DNA of 64,000 nt from Vicugna vicugna. Taxonomy: Eukaryota. Every line of letters starts with the position of its first letter. Positions within the stretch are counted from its first letter, which is position 1. The notes beneath the pieces were generated by a model. The model ran no database searches and was not told the DNA's origin. It worked only from the letters and a program-made list of their open reading frames with translations. Of this stretch, positions 1 to 13,819 are shown in pieces. Location of the stretch: NCBI GenBank assembly GCA_013265495.1, contig MU058781.1, forward strand, positions 3,016,158-3,080,157. The letters are read 5' to 3'. The translations under genes and the position numbers were made by a program.

Positions 1-127
1 TCTCTAGAACTCAGCCTTTCAATCTCCCAGAATATTAACTAAAAGGAATAAGATACAAAAATAGAGATTAAAATCAATTATGGTATTAAATCTTCTTTCA
101 ATTAACAAAATAACCTTTTTTTTTTTT

Positions 128-762
128 GCACTCTTGGTGGGAATATGAAACGGTGCAGCCATTGTGGAAAACAGTATGACAGTTCCTCAAAAAATTAAAA
201 ACAGAGTTACCATATGACCCAGCAATTTCACTTCTGGGCATAAGCCCTAAAGCAGGATCTTAAAGAGATATCTGTGCACCCTCTTTCTTAGCAGCGTTAT
301 TCACAATGGCCAAATGGTAGAAGCGGCCTGTGTGTCCATCAATGAATGAATGGATAAACAAAATGTTACATATGTACAGAAGTATATTATTTACTAAATT
401 AAAAAGGAAGGAAATTCTGATACATGCTATAACATGGATGAACCTTGGAGTCATTATGCTAAATGAAATAAGCCTGTCACAAAAACACAAATACTGCAGA
501 TTCCCCTTACACGAAGTAGCTAGAATAGTCAGAATTCATAGAGACAGAAAGTAGAATGGAACTAGGGGATAGGGGAGAGGGAGCTATTATTTAGTGGGTA
601 CAGAGTTTCAGTTTTGTAAAATGAAAGCTTTGGAGGTAGATGGTGGTGATGGTTTCACAGCAGTGCAAACGTATGTAATACCACTGAACCATGCACTTTA
701 AAATTGTTAAAATGGTAAATTTCATGTTATACATATTGTATTATAATTAATATTTAATTAAA
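128..762 (+). mobile_element. Old L1 3' fragment (L1MB-like): end of ORF2 plus 3'UTR
   Basis: Degenerate ORF2 C-terminal sequence (ccatatgacccagcaatttcacttctggg; ORF track WINKMLHMY...AITWMNLGVIMLNEIS) and L1MB-type 3'UTR (gagacagaaagtagaatgg, tacagagtttcagtttt). Confidence 0.85.
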
Positions 763-1446
763 AAGAGCATCACTAAGAAGGCACTATCCATTGTTCTGAT
801 ATTTGAAGTCAACGTGGACACACAAATCAGCAAGTGGCAGCACAGTGACTATTCTAAATCAAACACAGTATGAAGGCAATGATACCATACTGGGCGTGGC
901 GCCAAAGGTCCAGGCTTTTGCTTGGGCTCTGTGACTTACCAGCTTAAACAAGTCAATTTAGTTCTCTAGGCTTTGGGTCTCATCCCTCTGTAAAATTAAG
1001 TAATTATCCCACCCCTGATTTCCATGTAATGCTGTCATGAAAATCAAGTGATGATTCTTAAACTGAAACATGCTATGTCAAGTTGGGAGATGGATAAGGT
1101 CTGTACCAGGAGACTCTACCTTTTAATAAACAAGGGAGGTTTAAGGTGGAGAATCTGAAGAAGGCCTAATGGACACTCCTTTCCCCTCTTAGCTGACTGG
1201 CTATACAGACAAATCTACCTTAAATCTATCTTGGTTTCACCGCTTAATAACCTGTGTATTGTGTGACTATAGGCAAGTTATCTGATCTCTTTGCACTTTG
1301 GTTTTTTCATCTGTTACATGGGGATATTGATCAGTAAAAACCTCCGGGGGAAGGGGATGTGAGAGGTGGATCATGGTGCTTCAAACACTTCACCTTGCTG
1401 CCAACACGTTCATCACTAGAAACACAGCCTTTGTAACTACCCTATG

Positions 1447-1592
1447 TCAGTGCTCCTCAATTTCCTGAGGAAATTGTTAAAATTCAGATTCTGAAACAGT
1501 CAGTCTGGAGTAGAGCCCAAGATTCTACCGTTCCCAGGGGCCCAGGTGCTGCAGATGCTGCTCGTTCATGGACACTCTTTGAGCAGCAAGAG
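1447..1592. mobile_element. MER5A-like hAT-Charlie relic
   Basis: cagtgctcctcaa...gttaaaattcagattct...gctgctcgttcatggacactctttgagcagcaag matches the MER5A pattern as I recall it. Confidence 0.6.
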
Positions 1593-4500
1593 TCATCGTG
1601 TGCCTCACTTCTAAATATTCTGGTCTCCCTTTACTGAAAGAAAGACAAAGCCAGAAAGCTTTCATCAGATCCCAATTCTGTTGACTTCAGCTCTGGAAAT
1701 TCTAGACTTCTTGAGCAGTAAGATACCTGGAGACTTAGAGACTAAATTGTTTAACATCTTTGTCTTACAAGAGAGGGAAAGGAAAGCCCAGAGCTGGTAA
1801 GTACCACATCTCACATCGCAGACCAACATATCTGGGAATCAACATCTGGGTTTTCCAGCTTGCAGTCCTTAAACTTACCTGGAATACAGTGACTGAGGAC
1901 AGGGTCTTAACCCAACACCCCCACCCCAAACGGACATCCTAAAGGATTGAGGAAGCATGGGGGACAGAGGGACTATGGTGGGCCTCTAGAGAGAAGCAAA
2001 CAGGGCCATCGTGCTTCATTCTGGTCCGGGATGTTCCTCTGAACCTTCCCCAAGGAACAAAAGTGAATGACTAGTCCACCTTTTGTCAATATCTTGGAAT
2101 CTAAGGAAGATTTTATGCACAACATCCCAAGCCATCTCCACTCTGAAAAAGATTTTTTATTTCTTGGAAATTTAAAAAAAAAACACTCATCCAGGATTCA
2201 GCCCGTCCTTGCTTGGCCTTTGCATCTTTGAACCCCAGGGTTCAGGTTCTGACTCTTTAAAAACAAGCCCTTCAGGAGAACAGAACCACTGGAGTCCTCT
2301 TTGAAGAACAGGCAGTGGTGATGACAGCCAACTCCCCGCGCTGTGAGACAGTCAACACCGAGGGGGTCTTTCTCCATACCCATGACTAACCACTCCAGCT
2401 TCCTGAGAATGTGTTATAAATGTTCCCAGAGCTGCGCTGCAGCCCACTGGGTGCTTTTTGGCTCTGTCTCACCACATATGTTATCTTCATGGTAGCTGCT
2501 CCCAAAAAGGATTGTAACTCAGGGGAATCTCTTCACAGATTCATGTCTGGCTTTAAAACAAGGAGCTCTCAAACCTGTCAAGTCAGGGAAGCAGACGGTG
2601 TCTCTATTTTGGGGTACATTTCCCCTCTGGGTTTGTAAAGGTTTCCTCCGGGAGGACTCTTCCCTTTTACATTCATGGGTTTGATTGCTTACAGCTTGGA
2701 AAACAACGCTGAGTCGGGAAAGAGCCTTTTCTCAAGGTATACAGTTTAGTGAAGTTTAGATTGAATCCACAGGGAAGGAGGTAGCAGAAGGTGGGGGAAG
2801 TACACAATGCTCCGCTTAATGTACACAGCGTGTAGCATTAGCTGAATACTTCTGTTGCCATAGGAATGAGAAGACTTTAGATTTTAAGTCATAGTTCCTC
2901 TGGAGCTATGTTTAAAAAAAAAAGTGACAGTGGATTCTTGCTGTTTACCACTACCAGCTTTTAAAATCGTGGCTCTTTAAAAACTGCAGCGTAAATGTTT
3001 ACTCTCCCAAAGGACGCTGTATTAATCTGAAAAAAATGTCACTCCCAAGGCTCGAACAGCTAAAAGACATAGGCTTCTCCCAGGTACCTTGTGGGTCCCA
3101 CAACTTCTAAGCTAGTGAAACACAATATAGTTCTGATATTTTCTTCCCCAGAAGGGATTTATGAAGTACACAAAAGAGTCTGTAACGGATGGTAACTCAA
3201 CCAAGTTAATTATTAAATTGTTGTGGGAGAGTATTTAAAAACCAAACAATTGTTTTAAAACCGATAGCTCTTGAAACCGTCTTAGAGATTATTTGTTTAA
3301 AATATGGTGCCCCACCTCCATACATTTCCCCAACCAGTTAGCCCACTAATCCTTTCATTTGCTAATTCAAAGTTCTGGTGGCAGGGTACCAACCTGCAAA
3401 TTCAGCCTTACACACTGCACCAAGTTTAATTAGTATCTACTCGTCCTTTCCCGCCACTGCCATCTAGACGCTGTATTGTTCATCTAATTTGAAAAGCTAT
3501 GGAGAAATTAAATACATTGAAAGTTGAGCACCTTACATAATGCTTTCCAACTGGTGTGCCAAGTTGAGCCCCTGAAGCTGACTGCCTCTGGACACATCTG
3601 CTCAATTACAAACATGGTCATTTTCAATATATATCTTAATATGAAAAATGTTGGGAATATCTAAGTTCACCTAACTGGTAATCTCTTTAAGGAGAGGAGT
3701 GGGTCTAGTTTATTATTGTACTCTCGGCCACTCATGTGGTGCCTGGCATTTAGTGAATGGTAACTGTTTATTGGCAGATAATTGTTTATGAATAAATGAA
3801 TGGTGACTGAACGTTTAGATTGGGAAGCATCTGCGACTCATCCCTGGAAGAATAGGACCGTCTTTTGAGCCCCTCAGTACCCAGTGGATAAAACACCTAT
3901 TCTGTGCCCAGCAACTACATATATTATGTCACTTAATTTGGCTGAGGAAAGAGAAGATGAGTTTATGAAAAACAGTGGACAAAATTCTGCTGTAGCGTGC
4001 AACTCCCTGTTGCAAACTTCTCAGGAAAGCATAGTGTTAAAAACAATAACACATGCCCTTTTGGTGAGGCTATCTTGGCATGGGTCCTCAATGCTCCCGT
4101 TTTGCATGGCTGTCCAGAAAAAGGACATGCACTGAAGAGCTCACTAAGGGCCACCTGTAGGGGAAAATAATTAAAATGACCAACACCCTGGGGGTACTTA
4201 CTATGGGCCAGGAACCACTCTAAATGTGCTGCACATAATAACTCATTTAATCCTCATGTACACATGATTATAACATAAATTAGAAATACAGACAAAATAC
4301 CATGAGATTTCATAGGACCAGGAGCTTATCTGCAATCAAAGTGATGGAAGTAATACTTCAACTGGTATGTGAAACAGATGCTGTTCGGATGGGGTGTCAC
4401 ACTCCCACAACTCCTTGCATTTGCAAGCTGTTAAAAATATTTTAAAATAATATCTAACCTAAATACTTCCTGTGTGTCAAGTGCTATATTGTCTACAGAG

Positions 4501-7500
4501 ATTTTGATTCTTATTTTTATTCCTGTTCTGCAGACCTGGAAACTGAGGTCTAAAGACATTAGCTTCCTCAGCTGCTAGAAAGCAACAATACTCTTAGCTA
4601 TTTTACTGCCTTGTCTCTTGGATAACATTTCCTTGGTGTTTATTATAGAGCAGTGAGTGTTGTGAGGCTGAATATGACATTTTCCCCACATAGTAATAAT
4701 GCTTGTGAGAAATAAAAAAACGCAGTGAATACCAATAAGGTTCTCTTTGTTTCAAAAGCAAGTGCCCATGTACCATCACCCTGCTTCATGAGTATCATGA
4801 AGCGGGTGGGTCTTCTGTTATTTTCAATCCACTAGGAGCTGAGAATGCTGATTTGGAAACCTGATACCCATGATATAACACGCCTCAGTGCCTTCAGGTG
4901 ATGGATCCTGAAGACATTCAACTCTAAAATTAAGCCAGAGACTGTATCATGAATAATATTTGCTATGCAAAGATATGCATAAAATACCTTTACATATATG
5001 CATAAGAAAAACATTTAGTATTAACACTGAAGCACATAGAACTTGCTGTAGAATTTGTCAGTATATTCAAAGCCTAAAAGGAAAGAAAGTTACCCAAGTT
5101 CCTTTGACTTACACTGCTTTGTTTTGTTTTTTGACCTTGCCACTTGGGAACACAAGAAAAGGTAGTTCAAAGTCACCACTCTGCCAAAATTCATTTTGAT
5201 CATTTTCTTCTATATATCTCTATATTGTCTCTATTTCTGACTCTTTCTAATTTCTACTTCTACCTCTATATCTTTTTATCTATCTATCTAATCTATCAAC
5301 TGGCAGTCCTCACTTTGCATAGTAACGTGGGATTATAAAAATGACCTCACAATGACCTAAAAACTGACTTACACTGTTTTGATAGTGTTCACTCCCTGTG
5401 GGCTCCCACTGCTATAGGCAATCCCATTTTCCTCATGTGTTCTGGAAGTTCAGGGTTCATAACTTCTGTGTAAGATCTATAAGATTCATGGTCCTTAGAA
5501 ATCATTGCTCTCTTTCTTCAACATATCCAATATCTTTGGATATTTTTCAGGTTTCTATCTGGAATTTTAGGAGGACTAGGAAAACACAATTGAACTTGTG
5601 ATAGATTTTTTCATCCCCCTCCAAGAAAGCTGAAACAAATTACACATATACACACGCATATGAATTCAGGGCAATGTGATTTTCTTGCCAGAGGGAATGA
5701 AGTCAAATATCAATTATACATCTGTAAATTTGTGTTTAAAAAAAGCTGCTACATTTCTCCATCATTAGTTGGCCATTTTCATGTCTTCATATTTAGGGAT
5801 TTAGGAGTTATAGTAAGTAGAGAGTTGCTTAAAACTTCCTCATTTTCCTACTCAACATTTCTTCATTTCCCTATTTCTGCATCAATCACATAAACACTGA
5901 GATAAAAACATAATTTTTGAGTATTCTTTCTTCCAAGCCAAGAAATTTCCACATTATAAGCAAGATCAACTTACTAGAATCCATTGGCAGAAGGGTAAGA
6001 TGACACTTTGAACTCTTATTCTTCATTCTGTGAATACACCCTTCTACAAAGTATTAAAAGAGGGGAAAGATTACTTTCAAAGGAGACAGCAAATGGAACC
6101 AAAGACTTCACTACTCTTGGCCCTAGCCTCTACCATATTGGCCAATGCAGCTTCCCTTCTAAGTGTGTCTGTCTCTAACGCAGTTTCAAGAACAGAAGGC
6201 TGCATGATTTTGTTTTGAAGAGTTTTCCTGCTAGCTAAGGACCAAGGGGAAACTCCTTTGACATAATGATCTTGAATAGGATTTAGGAGTCTGCCTTTGG
6301 TCCTTTAAGGCAGTTTCAAGCCCTGGTCCAACTTAATGTTTACAGACTTAATGCCCTTCTTTGCCAGCTGAATACCTGGCATCTTATACATAACAGAAGC
6401 CCTCAAAATATGACTCCATGCTTACAAGGAATAAAATTAGGCTCCTCCTCCCTGTGAGACTATTTTTTCCCCCTCAATCCATCTTTCCAACCCTCCCAGC
6501 CTTTTTTGCTCTCCAACTATTATCACCAGGAAAAATTGAAAATTTACTTACTGTAAAGGAAAAGTAATTGATGATGGCTTAAAGTGTTTCCTCTCCCAGG
6601 GAGATTTCAATATAAATAAAGCCTCAGATAAAATGTTTGTAATGCCCCTACCATTTAATGATAAGCTTTCTTGAGAAGAGGAGAGATTTCTTTTGCGTGA
6701 TGTGTCGAGAGATAAAAGAGTGACTTGCCAAGCAGAGAGCAACTACTGCTATTGAAACATATCACTCTCAGGTCAACTATTTGCAAAAATAAATTAATAT
6801 ATTCTATACTTGTTTAGCAATCTAGCACTTAACCAAAGATCTTCAATCTAGGTAACCCGCAAGGGATCCAAAATAGTCCCACACTTTAAGAGAGTTTTAG
6901 TATTTTAAAGTTAGTTGGATCTATTGGGAAAAGAGAAACTTCCCCAAGATTTCATGCCAGTGGAAGGCAGAACTTCATGTAGTCAGCACAAATATAAACG
7001 TGGTCTTCCAGAGAGCTCTGGACTATGGTAAGGCAATTAAACAAACAAAAACAAAATTTAAAAAATTGTCAATAACACAAACATCTTTATCTCTTAGCAA
7101 ACAGAATAAACCCAGACTGACTCTGATGAAAGTCAGTTGTATGATATTAAAAGAGCAAATTGTCTAACTACAAATCATGTGATCCTCTTTCCCAGATTGT
7201 TTGGATTTTATGCCATCATCTAGTATAAATAAGTACACCTCAAAGATAAATCAGTATAAGCAGATATCTTCCCTGATCTCCAGATTCCATCTTGAATTAT
7301 GCCTCCATTTTGAATTAATCAAACTTCTTCCTTTTTTCTATAGAATACTCACACACACACACCCTCTTACTACCAAACTGAACAAAAACATAGAAACATC
7401 TCTGCCAAGTCATGTACTTTAAATAATACTAGATTATTTATTTCAGCCTTACAATTCTAAACCTTCATATTGTAATGCCATCAATGTAAAAGATAAAATT

Positions 7501-10095
7501 CTACTTGGGCTTTTTTAAAAATAGTGTTTTAAATTTCTAGCTGAGATATCTTAACAGTGTTTAACTTTTAGAGCTGTTGTCTCAAGGGTGTTTTGGGCTG
7601 AATTGTTCCCTGCTGCATAAGTGTTATTCTGAGTACTTGCTCTAACCTTGCCTTCTCTGTCTGGTTCTGTTATATCTCAGAACAATTATAAATGCTGCTT
7701 TTGAGTAGATTAAAGTTATAAAACAGAGCTGAGCTGATCGGATTTTGACATTGGCTTTTGAACATTGCAGTATTTCCCCACCTTTAAAAATAATTCCTCT
7801 CACAGATATGCCTATATGTGATCTACATGTATGCTCCCCAGAGTAAAATCATTTTTTGAAAATCTGTTTCAGAACCGGGTCGTATCACGTTTAAAAAAAA
7901 AAACTCAGTCATTAATTACTTAGGAAAATAAAATCCCTTTCTGCAAGTGAATAATCAACCCTCTCCCAAATACATTTTTTTCCTCCGAGTTGAAATTTTC
8001 TTCTCTGAATTTTCTCAAACCATGGCCCTTTCACATTATATGTTCATTTTGTAATATATTTCAAGTTCCCTTTCTTGGTCAACTCTCCAGAGATGACTAA
8101 CTTCCAAACTCATACCCCAGTTCCCAGGAATCAACTCTATTTTTCAAATTTCCAATTTAGCATGTCCTTTTCAATTATACATACATTTGTGCTCACCTAA
8201 ATGTTTGACGTTTGTCAGCAGCAGTAGACTGCATACGCTCTCTCTCTCTCACCTGTGAGTCATTACAATTTCAGTAGAATCACAATAGAGTTCAGAACCT
8301 GTCGCCCACACCCTACTGTAGCTAAAGGAACCAGAAGACAGCTTTCTCCTCTTGTAAATGTCAAGTGTTCAGCATGTCTCCACTGGGGACTGAATAGAAA
8401 TGTAACCTTAGAGAAGTAAGTCCTTAGGTCTGGGCAAAGCTCTCAGTATTCTGAGCCCAAAGTTGGCTTTCCCTACAAGGGCATATGATAGGTAGTTTCA
8501 GCTTCCACTGCAGTACTAGCTTGGTGTTTGGTTTGTTCTGATTGGGTAGGAGAGCCCATAAGACAAACAGAAGATGTTCAGGTTTGTCTCAAGAGTAGCC
8601 AGCAGAGCAGTGTGTAAGGGAGAAGGGAGTCTGGTGATCTTCCTTCCAAGTCTTCTCAAATGTAGTTTCTCTTTTCTTAACAATCCAACATGTCATACTA
8701 TACACCATGTGTATTACCAATTCTGCTTGGTCAACAAAGGGTCCAAGAGGGTCATGGAAAATCCACTAGATTGTATTTGTATAGATGTATTTGGCTGTCA
8801 TTATGCCTTTCACAAGCAGATGTCAAGTGTTGTGCCAGAAAGTCCTTACTGAGGTTTGGTAGGGAGGATATTCAACCAGAATAATCTCAAGTACTACACT
8901 GAAATTTCTTGTTTTTAGGTTCATTTTGTTACATTCAGACAGAGAGGAATGCATTTAGACAAATTGGCATGATTTGGGCTGGAGATTTGACCAAAGCAAT
9001 CACAGGCGGAAGAGGCAGAAAAGCCAGAGAAGAGGGAGGGGGTGAACTCAAATGTTCCCTCTATTTCACTCCAGAAAACAGCTCGCAATTATAATTACCC
9101 ACCTTGTTTTGCAGCTCAGAATAAAAGTGGCGTTGCACCAAACCCTACCCAAGCAGCCGTCGTGATTAGAAAGTACTCCACACCTTGGAGAACCAAGGAG
9201 ACATGAGCATAATTTTAAATGCAAATTAAATTGAGGGGGTAGCAGAGAGAACACATAAAAGACAGTAAAACAAAACCTTTCAATTTTCTTAAATTAGCAG
9301 TCTAATGTGTTCTAAAGAGCAGCTCCCCTCAGATCTCTTCTTAGGGGTTGCATTTCATCACAATATAAAATGGGCAAATCCATCACTTTCCTCTGCTCAG
9401 TGCTCTTGAATTGAGATTGAAGGGAAAATTAGAAGCTGTTCATTTGGGCTTGTGGGCTCAGCAGCGTAACACAGCTTCATTTTATGCTCTACGCTGTCCT
9501 ATTGAAAGGGGCCAACAAGTGCTGGTGAGTATCTGCTAACTTCAAGACTCTTCATTTCATATATCTTTTCTTTATGGGGGGAAATTTCCCAAAAGATTTA
9601 TAATGCATCTTTCAAAATCTGGGAAATTTCAGACAGCTTTTTAAGCTTCTTCCAGTGACTGATTCGCAGAAGGGAAGAGAGTTATTTTCAGCCTAGATGC
9701 TGGTGAGTGTTCCATGTATTAATTATAACAGAGGAATGTTTAACATATGCTAGCTAAAATGGCCTTTCCCCACCACCCTTAGCCAGTGTCAGGGTAAGAG
9801 CTGGTACTCGGACAACTTTGCTATCAGATTAACTGTTTAATCATGTAATTCTGTTATAATTGCAAATAAAACTGAGGCTTGGAGCTACGAAAATAATTAA
9901 ACCAAAACCTTTTTTTTTTTTAATGGCTATGACAGTTTCCTTCATAAGATGGGCGGCAGCGGTCGGGGGTGGGGGTGGGGGCGGGGGTCGGGAGATGGGG
10001 AAGTCGACCCGTGTGATGGTGACATGTAGATTTTGATGGTGATGATTTTCTGCCAAAGTTTTACACGGGAAACGGGTCATTTTCCTCCTTCACAG

Positions 10096-10142
10096 TGGTG
10101 AATACAAAGAGGCTGAGGCTGGCGTCACCTTCCGTTGCTAAG
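10096..10142 (+). other. PHACTR1: Candidate non-coding 5'UTR exon of PHACTR1 (47 nt)
   Basis: Acceptor tttcctccttcacAG (10094-10095) and donor AAG|GTAACG (10142/10143), 1.1 kb upstream of the ATG exon; contains no ATG. Inferred from splice signals only. Confidence 0.55.
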
Positions 10143-10147
10143 GTAAC
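10134..10147. promoter_or_regulatory. RFX X-box motif GTTGCTAAGGTAAC
   Basis: Near-palindromic match to the RFX consensus GTTGCCATGGCAAC, with both terminal GTT...AAC half-sites intact. Confidence 0.55.
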
Positions 10148-11279
10148 GTGCTCTGGCCATTTTATCTGATAAAGAAAGTCCAGTGGATGGTATACATTAT
10201 TCATCGCCGTTCTAATCAAACAATCAAAATTGTTTACATTCGCCAGGAATAGTTAGTGAGATCCAAGACACTCTGGCTGAAATTGCTCTTGCTCTTACTA
10301 CCGGCAGTTAGCCCTTGATTTTTTTTTTCCTCTTTTTTTGCAGTAAGTATGCTTTGCTGTTGGGGTAGCTTGTGGTATTTTTAAAAGTTTCCTCTTAACA
10401 GACTTGGCTTCTTACATGAAAATATGCACTGTTTAAAAGAGAAACCAATTGGATTATCCTTCTGAGCTTGATTTTAATGACTTTGTCTTGTTAATTATTT
10501 CCAAAAACATCCTGCAGAAATAGAGATTCTTCATTTGTTCACGTATCAGGGAAAGGCTACATATGTTAGAAAGAACCTAACAGGCTGAATGTTTTTAAAT
10601 GAAGTATATTAGCTTCCTGACAGGCTAGTGCATGATGACATTACGGGGATCATTGCAATTCTGGAATAAACTGCTCTACAGACTAGAATTCCTTCTCAAA
10701 AGCAGCCTGTGTCAGGGGCAAGCAGGTGATGATCCTGTAGCACTTTATAAAACGTAGAGAAACGCTGAAAGGAAAGAACGCAAGGCATTCTTACTGCAAA
10801 CATGTCAGCATGTGTCATAAACGCAAAGCAGCTTAAGTGGAGTGTCTGATTCCCTGGCATTCCTCACTGCTTGTGGGGAATTGGAACTCCCTGGATCAAT
10901 TGAGGATCAATGCTCAGAACGGCTGACCCTTAATGATGCCATTTATCAGACAGACCTTTTGAAAACAGCATATTACCTTAAAAGTGTGTTTTCCAGTTAG
11001 TACACAGCAAGGAAAGACTGGTATGTTATCTCTCTTTAGCCTGGATCGTCTTTATTTTCTGTGTAGAATATATTACTTTTAATAAATGTTGGCTAAATGC
11101 TGCATTTTCTCATATGAGAGGAAAGCTCTGTTGAGGGAGGGACTTAAAACTGGAAGTGTCAGTCAAGTAATGTGCTATTATAATGGGATATTTCTTATTC
11201 CAAAATTGTATTTGACAGTCTAAAATACTGTGGTTTTTTGCCCTTTTTCATAGGCATACAAGTGACTATTTTGTCTTAA

Positions 11280-11411
<132 letters not shown>

Positions 11412-13784
11412 TAAATGGGAGAAAGAGGAAACTCCTCTTGTTTGCATGTTGGTTTTATATTAACAGTGCAGTGCCGACTGTAGCAGTGTGTGCTCTACTG
11501 CAGAAGTTCAATGACTGCGATTTCTAAATTGATAACCTCTATCGAACTGTTCCTGGAACTGAGGCAGGCATATAGTGGAATAAATAAATCTAGAGACTTC
11601 TTGGATGTGGTAAAAAAGCAACCTACCCAACTTTCAGCACAAATGCCATTCAGAAAGCTATGTTAGAAAATTGTTCCCCCACCTCTTTGCAACCAAAGTG
11701 TAAGTTTCAAAGGCTTAAGGATGTTTTTAGCCCCCGGGAAAAGTTCAGTTTGCAGACACTGCCCTGGAGAAGATCTAGGGCACTCTGACCTATTGGATTG
11801 AGATCCTGCTGGATGAGGGGCTCCTGAAATAAGCTTTATGCTTCAACAGCTGCCTTACCTATTTTAGAATTCAGTTAATTGCCTCAAGGAATAAACAGTG
11901 CACTCGGGACGCAGTAAGAAACATGCCCCTTGTGAAGTGTGGCTGATATATGCATTTTTATTACAGATTCTAAGATGGTCAGTTAGACTCTAGTTTGCTT
12001 GCTGCTCTGTTCCAGGGTATACTTAGAATGTTTTGCCAGCACAAAGAAGCTGGAGTGTTTAATGGGCTCTCCTGACAGGCAGGAGATTTCTTTTAAGCCT
12101 ATTTTCTCTTTTCCATGGAATATTTAGGGTATTCGGTCAAAGCAACCTGATGATGGGCATATCCCAAATGGTACAAGTAATGCACTGAGGAGAAAGGCAG
12201 CATCCATATTCTTAAAGAGAGAAGTAGTTGAATTCTTGGATGTCTCAAGGCAGAACTGAAAAGGAAATGCTGTTTTGATAATTCTGGCGTCTTTCACTGT
12301 ATGCAGTAATGGGTACTTCACATAGGGCACTGAGAACTTTCTGCCTTGGCTTTCTCAGTAGTCTCTTCTGAATTGGTTTTACCTGGCTCTCAAGCCAATA
12401 TCTCATGACAACCTTAAGGGCATGTAAGCCTCTTCCTTCTCCACTTCCATTTTCCTGGGCAGGATCCAGTCTTAAAGCCAAGAGAGGCTGGTAATTATCT
12501 GGTTGATTTGCTTGGGTCAGTCCACTCATCAGTATTAGCAAAAGTGGTACAGTAGCTAATTCTCATCCCTGTGGTTGTATGTAGTCAGCATTGCTACTGT
12601 CAGCCACTTAAAGAGACATGAAAATGTACTAAAGTAGGAAAAGGGTGAGAGGCTGGCCAGAACCTCCGGCCCCCTCTGGGTTTGCAAGTAGGAAGATGCT
12701 AGGAATAGATGGAGAATGGAGGCCAGAGGGAAAAGGGAAGGGCTGAGGCAGGGCTCATTTCCATCTCCAGTTCTGTGTTTAAACATTGCTGCCTCTGTCC
12801 GTTCCATTTGAACAGGAGAAAAATGTTTGGTGGTGGGGTCATCCTCTGGGCTGCACATCTGTTGGCAGAGCAGAGAAGGGGAGGGGCTGTTAACTATAGT
12901 TAATAAAGATGTCATTTTGCCTTGCCGTGGACATGGCTTAAGCCTTTAAGAAGACTGTGGGCTCCAAGTATTTACAGAAGGAAAGCAGTCAGGGTATGGG
13001 AGGCTCAGAGGACTCAAGGCAGCCTGATGGTTGTCGGCAGATGGAGTTAGGGGCGGAGTGGTCAGAACTGTCGCCACTGGTGACTGTGGTTTAGACACAG
13101 GAGCTGGAATGACTGGGAAATGCATGGGAGGTGGTAGCATAAGCTACCTGGGTATCACGTTCATTTTAGGGTAATCAGAATGATGCTCCAATCAAGGCAT
13201 CTTGGGTCTGTGGTAAGAGTGGGGTTTCCCTAAACAACATCCAGGTTAGTTTTTCAAAACCCTCTGACTTCCTGAATCAGAAATCAAGATGTTAAGACCT
13301 AGGGGTTTGCATTTCAAGCAAGAGCTCCAATGATGATTACCTAGCCAGCACACCAGTTTGGGGACCTGCATTTAAGAGCCAGTCCATCCTGTCCAATTTC
13401 TGTCCTTCCACCCCAGAATGAGAACACTTTCCTCAGCATTAGAGGCTGGATAACACAGTGGTTATACCTTGACCGCCTAGGTCCAAATCCTGGGTTTACC
13501 ACAGTGATCCTGGGAGAAATAACCTCTTCGATCTTCGATCCCCTCTTCTGAAAAATGGAAATAATAATAGTGCCCAATTCATAAATTGTTAAGAGCATTC
13601 ATGAGATAAGATTTTAAAGTGCTTTAAACTGTCTGCCACATGGGAAATGCCATTCATAAACAATTCAATGAAATAAACATTTTTGGCAAAAGGCCATCCC
13701 TCCTGTGTTTGAGATTCTATAAGGAAGCCGCTGCCTTACAAACAAGAATGTTACCTGATAGAAGTTAACCTCCTATTTTTTAGC

Positions 13785-13818
<34 letters not shown>
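13785..13818. repeat. (TAAA)n microsatellite, about 8.5 units
   Basis: Read directly. Confidence 0.95.

Positions 13819-13819
<1 letters not shown>

Larger units (their letters stand above)
9300..10200 (+). promoter_or_regulatory. Putative PHACTR1 upstream promoter/first-exon region
   Basis: No recognisable repeats, locally more CpGs; GC-box/G-runs at 9965-9987; CRE half-site CGTCA at 10123-10127; X-box at 10134-10147; two strong donors CTG|GTGAGT at 9524/9525 and 9702/9703. Confidence 0.5.
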
